A stretch of 64,000 nucleotides of DNA, from NCBI GenBank assembly GCA_964187785.1, contig OZ076409.1, positions 74,154,001 through 74,218,000 of the forward strand, read 5' to 3'. The notes under the pieces are model-generated. The model was not told the origin of the DNA and did not search any database. It saw only the letters and a program-made list of their open reading frames with translations. Within the stretch, counting starts at the first letter, position 1. Each line of letters begins with the position of its first letter. The DNA comes from Amphiscolops sp. MND2022 (lineage: Eukaryota). Shown one piece after another: positions 52,801 to 62,429 of the stretch. Made by a program: the position numbers and the translations under genes.

Positions 52801-55800
52801 TTTTCATTGTAGGTTAGCAGAGTATTAGTACACTTTGATGTCATTTGAGTATATTTTTCTTCTATATAATAACTGTTTTTATGTATTTATTCCAATTTAT
52901 CTCATCTTTTAACATCAAGCAGTTGAGTACATTTCATCTCCCTTTCGGGGGAGATGAGAATGTACTCGCTAAAAACCTAATGCTATGGCGCCAATGTTTG
53001 GATGGGAAGTTTTCTATGCTTTGAAAAAAGTTATTTTTAATTACTTGATTTTTTAAAACAATAATTAACATGAAGTACATTACTTGCTCCTACTACTACC
53101 ACCATACATCTCTAACGTCAACGCCCCCTGCTTGCATCAACGCCCCATCGTCCGTGGGCATGCCGAGGCATGCCCTTCGACGACGTATGCCAAATGCCCA
53201 GTGCCACGCAGTCTTTTCCCGCTAGGTGCCGGGATTTCCATTCGATAAGGAATTCTGCGCGTGTGGGTAGGGCCCCTGGCGCGCTCCTGTGTTTTCGGTT
53301 TTCCTACTCCTAAATAGGCCCCCTGAATTCCGGGATCTCGTAAACTAGCCATACGATTTGGCTGAAATTTGGCACACGTACCCCCCTCGGCACGGTGAAG
53401 ATGATTCCCTACTGACGTTTTGCCCGCTAAACATTTTTTGTTGACCAAAATAACGGTTTTTGGTGGAAAATTTTTGATTTTTTTTAAATTTCATCTTATA
53501 TCTCGCCACGGGTTTACGCTAGCGCTTCAAAACTTTGCTGACGAAAGTTTGCAAACTGTCTCAGGAATGCGGTGTGAAATTTTCAGCTCAATCGGACATA
53601 AACTCGAGGAGATATCGCGTTTTTCCGGAGCGGGGGGGTTTCATTTTTCTAACGGTCCAGCTTATCTTTGCCATTTTTTCGAAAATGCACTCGCCTAAAG
53701 GCCTCCCCTGGCCGGTTTTACTCCCAAAAAAACCATTTGGCCCTAAATACGGAGTTTCAGCGTTCTAGCATTCTCGGGCGAAAAGTTGTGGGACTTAGAA
53801 AATTTCAAAAATTTTCAAAAAAATTTTTTTTTGTTATTTGGGCCCCCAAAGTGGGGGAAAGGACCCCCCAACCATTAATTTGAGTGAAAGCATGTGCAAA
53901 GCCCTTGTATAGAGGAGAAAAATGCCGTTTAGAACATCTTTTTATCTTTACTCAACGTTGACTTATGACGTTTTGAAGGTGACCGTTAGATATGGAAAAT
54001 TGATGTTTTGAGTATTTATCTCATCTGAAAGCCATTGAGATACAACATGTTTTGCTCAAAACGGGTTTCATTGCAGTTTCGCTGTCTATTAACACCCTTT
54101 GGTGACTTTTGACATGTTTTTGCTTTTATATAAAACCAATTTTTTGTGCATTTTTTCTTTTTTTTCATCTAATATCTTGAAACAGTTGAGTACATTCCAT
54201 CTCCCTTCCCGGGGGAGATGAGAATGTACTCGCTAAAAGCCAAGAACTACGGCCAATACCTTCCCGAGCTACGCACTACAATTATTGCATATGCATGCAG
54301 ACCTTTTGATACATTTTTATCTTTGTAGATTGACTGGAAAAACCGAAAACTCTGTCCTGATTATACAAAGTTTCCTCACAACGACACATGTTTACGTCAA
54401 CGCCCCATAGTTCTTATCAACGCCCCCCGTCCGTGGGCATGCCGTGGCATGCCCTTCGACGACGTGCACCAAAATATATTCGAGCGCGGTAGCCGCTAGG
54501 TGCCGGGATTTCCATTCGATAAGGAATTCTGCGCGTGTGGGTAGGGCCCCTGGCGCGCTCCTGTGTTTTCGGTTTTCCTACTCCAAATTCACACCCCAGT
54601 TATCTCCGATCTCGTAAACTATCCATACGATTTGGCTGAAATTTGGCACACGTACCCCCCTCGGCACGGTGAAGATGATTCCCTACTGACGTTTTGCCCG
54701 CTAAACATTTTTTGTTGACCAAAATAACGGTTTTTGGTGGAAAATTTTTGATTTTTTTTAAATTTCATCTTATATCTCGCCACGGGTTTACGCTAGCGCT
54801 TCAAAACCTTGCTGACGAAAGTTTGCAAACTGTCTCAGGAATGCGGTGTGAAATTTTCAGCTCAATCGGACTCAAACTCGAGGAGATATAGCGTTTTTCC
54901 GGAGCGGGGGGGTTTCATTTTTCTAACGGTCCAGCGTATCTTTGCCATTTTTTCGAAAATGCACTCGCCTAAAGGCCTCCCCTGGCCGGTTTTACTCCCA
55001 AAAAAACCATTTGGCCTTAAATACGGGGTTTCAGCGTTCTAGCATTTTCGGGCGAAAAGTTGTGGGACTTAGAAAATTTCAAAAATTTTCAAAAAATTTT
55101 TTTCCGTTATTTGGGCCCCCAATGTGGGGGAAAGGACCCCCCAACCAGTATTTTGAGTGAATGCATGTGCAAAGCGCTTGTTTAGAGGAGAAAAATGTCG
55201 TTTAGAACGTCTTTTTATCTTTACTCAACGTTGACTTATGACGTTTTGAAGGTGATGTAAAGAGGTGTGAAGCACGTGAAAAGTAAACGTTATGAGTATT
55301 TATTTGATCTGAAAGCCATTCAGATGCAATCTGATTTGCCCAAAACGTAATTCATTTCAGTTTGGCAGTCAATCAACACCCTTTGTTGTCGTTTGACATT
55401 TTTTTTTGTTGATATAATAAAAAATTTTGTGTAATTATTTATTTTTTTCTCATCAAATAACTTGAAACAGTTGAGTACATTCCATCTCCCTTCCCGGGGG
55501 AGATGAGAATGTACTCGCAAAAAGCCTCGAACTATGGCCCTTACCTTCCCGAGCTACGCAGTATAAAGATTGCATATTGGTTTCGACATTTTGATAGAGT
55601 TATATCTTGGTAATCTGTCTGGATATGCAGAAAAATCAGCACGTGCCTTTTTATACCAAGTTGCTCACAACGACAATTATTTTATATCAACGCCCCCATA
55701 TTTATCAACGCCCCCCGTCCGTGGGCATGCCGAGGCATGCCCTTCGACGACGTGCACCAAGATATACCCCAAGCGCGGTAGCCGCTAGGTGCCGGGATTT

Positions 55801-58800
55801 CTATTCGATAAAGTATGTGGCGCGCCTTGGGTAGGGTCCCTTGCGCGCTCTTGGGTATGGTGTTCACCAGCTAGGAAACAGGGGTCGATTTTTCGGGATC
55901 TCCTAAACTAGCCACACGATTTGGCTGAAATTTGGCACACGTACTCCCCTCGGCACGGTGAAGATGATTCCCTACTAGCGTTTTGCTCGCAAAATTTTTT
56001 TTGTTGTCCAAAATAACGGTTTTTGGTGGAAAATTTTGAACTTTTTTTAAATTTCATCTTATATCTCGCCACGGGTTTACGCTAGCGCTTCAAAACCCTG
56101 CTAAAGAAAGCTTGCAAACTGTCTCAGGAATGCGGTGTGAAATTTTCAGCTCAATCGGACTTAAACTCAGGGAGATATAGCGTTTTTCCGGAGCGGGGGG
56201 GTTTCATTTTTCTAACGGTCCAGCTTATCTTAGCCATTTTTTCGAAAATGTACTCGCCTAAAGACCTCCCCTGGCCGGTTTTATTCCCAGCAAAACCATT
56301 TGGCCCTAAATACGGAGTTTCAGCGTTCCAGCATTCCCGGGCGAAAAGTTGTGGGACTTAGAAAATTTCAAAAATTTTCAAAAAATTTTTTTTCGGTTTT
56401 CCACCCTCCCCCCCGAGGGGAAAAGACCCCCCAACCTGTAATTTGAGTGAACTCATGTGGAAAGGCCATGTTTAGAGGAGAAAAATCCCGTTTAAATTGT
56501 CTTTTTATCTTTATTCAACGTTGACTTATGACGTTTTGAAGGTGATGTTTGGAGGTGTGAAGCACGTGAAAAGTAAACGTTATGAGTATTTATCTGATCT
56601 GAAAGCCATTGAGATGCAACCTGTTTTGCTCAAAACGTAATTCATATCAGTTTGGTAGTCAATCAACACCCTTTGTTGTCATTTGACATCTTTTTTTGTT
56701 GATATAAGAAAAAATTTCGAGTATTTATTCATTTTTTTCTCATCAAATAACTTGAAACAGTTGAGTACATTCCATCCCCCCTTCAAGGGGGAGATGAGAA
56801 TGTACTCGCAAAAAGCCCCGAACTACGGCCCTTACCTTCCTGAGCTACGCAGTATAAAGATTGCATATTGGTTCCGACATTTTGATAGAGTTATATCTTG
56901 GTAATCTGTCTGGGTATGCAGAAAAACCAGCACGTGCTTTTTTATACCAAGTTGCTCACAACGACATTTATTTTATATCAACGCCCCCATATTTATCAAC
57001 GCCCCCCGTCCGTGGGCATGCCGAGGCATGCCCTTCGACGACGTATACCAAAATATGTTCGAGCGCGTTAGCCTAGGTGCCGGTGTTTTTTTACACAATG
57101 GGGGAAGTTGCGCGGTTGGGGAGGGTCCCTGACGCGCTTCCGTGGTATCGGGTCTTTCAACCGATGAAAACGACATAAAAAATTGGGATCTCGTAAACTA
57201 GCCATACGATTTGGCTGAAATTTGGCACACGTACCCCCCTCGGCACGGTGAAGATGATTCCCTACTGACGTTTTTCCCGCTAAACATTTTTTGTTGCCCA
57301 AAATAACGGTTTTTGGGGTAAAATTTTCAACTTTTTTTAAATTTCATCTTATATCTCGCCACGGGTACACGCTAGCGCTTCCAAACCCTGCTGACGAAAG
57401 TTTGCAAACTGTCTCAGGAATGCTGTGTGAAATTTTCAGTTCAATCGGACTTAAACTCGAGGAGATATAGCGTTTTTCCGGAGCGGGGGGGTTTCATTTT
57501 TCTAACGGTCCAGCTTATCTTTGCCATTTTTTCGAAAATGCACTCGCCTAAAGGCCTCCCCTGGCCGGTTTTATTCCCAGCAAAACCATTTGGCCCTAAA
57601 TACGGAGTTTCAGCGTTCCAGCATTCCCGGGCGAAAAGTTGTGGGACTTAGAATTTTTCAAAAATTTTCAAAAATTTTTTTTTCCGTTATTTGGGCCCCC
57701 AAAGTGGGGGAAAAGACCCCCCAACCAGTAAAGCAAGTGAATGCATGTGAAAAGCCCTTGTTTAGACGAGAAAAATGCCGTTTAGAACGTCTTTTTATCT
57801 TAACTTGACATTGACTTTTGTCGTTTTGAAGGTGACCGTTAGATACAGAAAATTGATATATTGAGTATTTATCCCATCTGAAAGCCATTGAGATACAACA
57901 TGTTTTGCTCAAAACGTGTTTCATTGCAGTTCCGCTGTCCATTGACACCCTTTGATGTCTTTTGACGTAATTTTCTTTTCTATAATAACAATTTTTTTGT
58001 GTATTTATTCATTTTTTTCTCATCAAATAACTTGAAACAGTTGAGTACATTCCATCTCCCTTCCCGGGGGAGATGAGAATGTACTCGCTAAAGGTCAGGA
58101 ACTACGGTCTATATCTTCCACAACACAAAAGGGATTGCAAATGGTTTCAGTTTGTCGCAGAAAACTTCTTTTTGCCCTCTGTGACTCGACAAAATGAACG
58201 TTTCTTACTTACTTTGAAACTCAGCATACCACAACTCATCTCTAACGTCAGCGCCCCCCTACTTGCATCAACGCCCCCCGTCCGTGGGCATGCCGAGGCA
58301 TGCCCTTCGACGACGTATACCAAGATATACATAAGCGCGGTAGCCGCTAGGTGCCGGTGTCTTTTTACACAATGGGGGAATTTGCGCGGTTGGGGAGGGT
58401 CCCTGACGCGCTTCCGTGAGATCAGGTTTTTCAACTAGTGAAATCGACAAAGAAAATTGAGATCTCGTAAACTAGCCATACGATTTGGCTGAAATTTGGC
58501 ACACGTACCCCCCTCGGCACGGTGAAGATGATTTCCTACTGACGTTTTTCCCGCTAAACATTTTTTGTTGACCAAAATAACGGTTTTTGGGGTAAAATTT
58601 TCAACTTTTTTTAAATTTCATCTTATATCTCGCCACGGGTGCACGCTAGCGCTTCCAAACCTTGCTGACGAAAGTTTGCAAACTGTCTCAGGAATGCTGT
58701 GTGAAAATTTCAGCTCAATCGGACTTAAACGCGAGGAGATATAGCGTTTTTCCGGAGCGGGGGGGTTTCATTTTTCTAACGGTCCAGCTTATCTTTGCCA

Positions 58801-59640
58801 TTTTTTCGAAAATGCACTCGCCTAAAGGCCTCCCCTGGCCGGTTTTATTCCCAGCAAAACCATTTGGCCCTAAATACGGAGTTTCAGCGTTCCAGCATTC
58901 TCGGGCGAAAAGTTGTGGGACTTAGAAAATTTCAAAAATTTTCAAAAATTTTTTTTTCGTTATTTGGGCCCCCAAAGTGGGGGAAAAGACCCCCCAACCA
59001 GTAAATCAAGTGAATGCATGTGGAAAGGCCATGTTTAGAGGAGAAAAATGCCGTTTAGAACGTCTTTTTATCTTGGCTCAACGTTGACTTATGACGTTTT
59101 GAAGGTGATGTTTGGAGGTGTAAAGCAAGTGAATAGTAAACGTTATGAGTATTTATCTGATCTGAAAGCCATTGAGATGCAATATGATTGCTCAAAACGT
59201 AATTCATTGCAGTTTGGCAATCAATCAACACCCTTTGTTGTCGTTTGACATACTTTTTTGTTGTTAAAATAAAAAATTTTGTGTATTTATTCATTTTTTT
59301 CTCATCAAATAACTTGGAACAGTTGAGTACATTCCATCCCCCCCTTCCGGGGGAGATGAGAATGTACTCGCAAAAAGCACCGAACTACGGCCCTTACCTT
59401 CCCGAGCTACGCAGTATAAGGATTACATATTGGTTCCGACATTTTCATAGAGTTATATCTTGGTAATCTGTCTGGATATGCCGAAAAATCAGCACGTGCC
59501 TTTTAATACCAAGTTGCTCACAACGACAATTATTTTATATCAACGCCCCCATATTTATCAACGCCCCCCGTCCGTGGGCATGCCGAGGCATGCCCTTCGA
59601 CGACCCGCACCAAAATATGCGTTAGCGCGGTAGCCGCTAG
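37855..59640 (+). mobile_element. Block of 17 ~1.3-kb units (1255-1304 bp)
   Basis: Same subfamilies as in 1-20570 but in a different order (e.g. 40407~14154, 48068~49372~11579, 50676~3778, 55789~7626, 58351~16705). Confidence 0.8.
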
Positions 59641-60393
59641 GTGCCATAATCCATTGATTAGCTCAACACTTCGAGGGCGGGGTAGGGCCCCCAGCCCGAG
59701 TCAAAAGTCGAAGACAAACAACTTAAGGCGAATGTAACAGCGAGACCCCGATTTTCTAAACTAGCCCCGCGATTTGGCTGAAATTTTGCATACGGCTTCC
59801 TATAACAATTCTAAGAACTAATTCCTACTGGCATTTTGCTGTGAAAACGCAGAATGTGGGTCAAAATCTTAGTTTTTTGGTCGAAAAATGGCGTTTTTTC
59901 GAAAATTTTTTTTTCAAGAGCCCATATCTCGCCCCCAGGTGCTCGGAGCGGGTCGCACGTGGACGTTGATATTGCTGGGCACTTCGTAAGGAGTCCGTAG
60001 ACAAATTTTCGTACAGATCGGATAAAAATTGACTGAGTAATAGCCGGAATTCTGACGAATTTTTCAGAAAATTTTGGTACAACTAGTCTATCTCTGCCGT
60101 TTTTTGCCCAGATTTTTTTCCAGGACCTCTCCTAAAGGCCTCCCCTGGCCGGTTTACCTCCCAGAAAAACCATTTGGCCCTTTTGCCGCAGTTTCAGCGT
60201 TCCAGGATTTCTTGAGTAAAAGTAAAATGACTTAGAATTTTTTCGAAAATTTTCAAAATTTTTTTTTTCAACTTCAGGCCTCCCAAAGTCAAGAAACGTC
60301 CACACAACTAGTATTGCAAGTGAATGCGTGTGGAAAGTGCTCAAAAAGACGAGAAAAATGAGCTATTATAAACCTCTGTAGCTTAACTTGACG

Positions 60394-60497
60394 TTGACTT
60401 ATGACATTTTAAGTTTAGGTAGGTTTTAAATTCATATTTCCAACTTTGACTTATGACATTTTAAGTTTAGGTAGGTTTTAAATTCATATTTCTAACT
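60394..60497 (+). repeat. 52-bp tandem duplication
   Basis: TTGACTTATGACATTTTAAGTTTAGGTAGGTTTTAAATTCATATTTC(C/T)AACT at 60394-60445 and 60446-60497, with one mismatch. Confidence 0.95.
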
Positions 60498-60802
60498 AAT
60501 TGTTTTTTCTTTTTCCAGGTGTCGGAGTTCTTTTTTTCTGCAAACAGGTGGTATTTGGTAACAGGTTACGTCTGGTAAGTTTGTGGGTTGAGTAGTAAAT
60601 GGTGATCATCGATCGACGGAAAGCGTGGTCGGTGATTAGGTGTTCTGCACAAAAGTAGTGGTAAAACAGGTAATCCTCGGTAAATATGCCGGCAAAGGTG
60701 AAAATGAAGTGCAACCGTGTTTCCAGTTATACGCAATCTTTGTTATGTGTCAAAAATGGTGACTTTTTCTGATGATGTCTAACAGGATCAGCGTTTTTCC
60801 AG
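60419..60802 (+). promoter_or_regulatory. Putative spliceosomal intron signals in the 5' UTR of the long ORF
   Basis: Donor-like AG|GTAGGT at 60419 and 60471. CTAAC at 60492 followed by a polypyrimidine tract and CCAG ending 60518. Donor GTAAGT at 60575. CTAAC at 60779 followed by TTTTTCCAG ending 60802. Motif matches only. Confidence 0.45.
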
Positions 60803-60881
60803 ATTTGATTTGAATTGCTTTGATCTGCTTTGCCAACATTAACTTGTTTTGCTTGGCTATCAAAGAGGCTAAAAGTCCCCA

Positions 60882-62429
60882 ATGCCTCGTGGTAGAGGGA
60901 GAGGAAAAACCAGCATTGCTAACAGGAGACGAAGATGTGAGATTCACAATACTTTCATACCAGCGAACGGAGTTTGTATAAGATGTCAGGAGAGTCAGCG
61001 AATTCAACAACATGATGCTGAACAGGATTTAACAGCTGCCAATGTCCCCAATCCCCCAGATGCCCCCATTGATGCGGAGATGCGAGGTGTAGAGATGAGA
61101 AATGAGGAGATGTGTGAGAAGTGCTGCAGGACGACAACAGATAATTACAAACTTGACTTTCACTCTTTGAACCGAGACTCACTGCATCCGACTAAATTTG
61201 GTAAACACGTTGCTGAGATGGGCGGAGAGGTCATCAGGATGTGTCACCAATGTGTAAACTATACTAACAACGTCAAACGACACTTGGACTGGCCTAATGC
61301 TTGGCCCAGCGTTATGTATACTCTACTTTTCGAGACACATAGGTTTAAGTCTAATGCTGAAAAACTATATAAACTACTGCCACATGAAATTAAGGAATCT
61401 TTTAAACAAAACATGCATGCTGTTCATCCATTAATAGCGACCTCCGTAACTGATTCTGTGTTTAGAGATATTACCCGAGAAAAGGAAGACTTTTGGAATT
61501 TAATTAACACTAGAACTGCCAAAACACTTGTAAAAGCTTTAACTACCCACTGCTTTCCTAACATCAGGTGTCCTGCTGGATGCTTTGAATTCGTCGAAAA
61601 GTCTAGTGGAATTTCTTTTGCACATTTTTTGAATTACCTTTTTCCATTATTCACTAGCTTTAATGCGAACAGTAAAAAATTTTTGAAAGGAGCTCGAGAT
61701 GATTTCACTAAAAGGTTAACCCTCTTAGAAAAATTTTCCATTTCACCGTGTGTAATTAGCAACGAAAAAGGTTTACAATTGGTAGTCTGTTCTGACCATA
61801 AAAACGGTGTATTACTGAATTATGTGCATGTACCAACTAATCCAGTGGCATGTAACATCAGCCCTAAGTTCGTTGACAGGTTGGCTCTAATGGTTTCTAG
61901 TGTAAGAACGGTAAGACCTCTCAAAATTGGCGCTAAAAGTGCTACTTTCACTATGTGTCGGGTTGACAGTGGACGCATAAGTGGTGTTAGTTCTACTGTT
62001 CTCCACAAGTTCAGGAATTTTGAATGTCCTCTAAATTATTTACATCAGAACATGGAGAAGTTATTGATCAATTGTAGGAGTGATGTCAAAGAAATCATCA
62101 GGGTTTGTTGTCAAAATCACGAAATTAGTGAGACTTTAGCTGAAGCTTTTTTGGGGTTTGAATTGCCTGTTTCTTTATCGTCAATCGAAGAGCATTGTAA
62201 AAACGCTATTGTTTTTAACATGAACGCACTGATGCGCATGAAAGACTACGTAGAAACTTGCCCAGAAGATGTTACAAATCGGGAACATTCGAAACAACCT
62301 CTGGTATACGGTCATAGATTAGATGGCTATGGTTCTGAGCCATCAGTGTTTCCCAAAGGTTTTTCTCAAGAAAGCAATTTTTTTTGTATTTGCGCATGCA
62401 TTTCTTCTCAGCGATTCTTTATGGTATAA
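60882..62429 (+). CDS. N-terminal part of a putative Helitron-type Rep/helicase; Cys/His-rich, basic N-terminus
   Basis: 515-codon ATG-initiated ORF with a basic start (MPRGRGRGK...RRRR) and Cys/His clusters (CEIH...CIRC, CEKC...CHQC, CFPNIRCPAGC, CSDH). It appears to continue in another frame after the T8 run at 62378-62385. Confidence 0.7.
   Translation: MPRGRGRGKTSIANRRRRCEIHNTFIPANGVCIRCQESQRIQQHDAEQDLTAANVPNPPDAPIDAEMRGVEMRNEEMCEKCCRTTTDNYKLDFHSLNRDSLHPTKFGKHVAEMGGEVIRMCHQCVNYTNNVKRHLDWPNAWPSVMYTLLFETHRFKSNAEKLYKLLPHEIKESFKQNMHAVHPLIATSVTDSVFRDITREKEDFWNLINTRTAKTLVKALTTHCFPNIRCPAGCFEFVEKSSGISFAHFLNYLFPLFTSFNANSKKFLKGARDDFTKRLTLLEKFSISPCVISNEKGLQLVVCSDHKNGVLLNYVHVPTNPVACNISPKFVDRLALMVSSVRTVRPLKIGAKSATFTMCRVDSGRISGVSSTVLHKFRNFECPLNYLHQNMEKLLINCRSDVKEIIRVCCQNHEISETLAEAFLGFELPVSLSSIEEHCKNAIVFNMNALMRMKDYVETCPEDVTNREHSKQPLVYGHRLDGYGSEPSVFPKGFSQESNFFCICACISSQRFFMV

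Larger units (their letters stand above)
1..59640 (+). repeat. Head-to-tail array of 42 heterogeneous non-coding units, probably non-autonomous Helitron-like (rolling-circle) elements
   Basis: Units start (first G of GTG after CTAG) at 1233, 2509, 3778, 5047, 6316, 7626, 8916, 10189, 11579, 12883, 14154, 15436, 16705, 17994, 19283, 20571, 22546, 24520, 26494, 28486, 30460, 31530, 34600 (after CTGG), 35870, 37855, 39141, 40407, 41689, 42944, 44230, 45510, 46791, 48068, 49372, 50676, 51944, 53226, 54500, 55789, 57077, 58351, 59641. All are in the same orientation. The array is seen directly. The Helitron assignment is inferred from the CTRR ends, the subterminal palindrome and the adjacent ORF. 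Confidence 0.95.

Noticed and set aside
1170..59640. CRISPR-like array (conserved palindrome plus variable segments)
   Set aside because: The period is 1.3-2 kb, the variable segments recur between units, no cas genes are present, and the context looks eukaryotic.
1..59640. Ordinary satellite DNA or higher-order repeat
   Set aside because: Units of unrelated families and lengths are interleaved without a repeating order. Only local clustering and one partial dimer similarity (units 15436+16705 vs 57077+58351) are visible.
1..59640. rRNA, 5S, tRNA or snRNA tandem genes, or hammerhead retrozymes
   Set aside because: I recognise no rRNA, tRNA or snRNA sequence and no conserved CTGATGA...GAAA hammerhead core in the units. 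An Rfam scan was not run.
296..60344. Many recurrent 60-136 aa ORFs in the ORF track (e.g. MKFSAQSD..., MPFFRKCTRL...)
   Set aside because: They recur only because the DNA is repeated. They overlap in several frames and strands, mostly use GTG/TTG starts, and are broken by homopolymer indels between copies.
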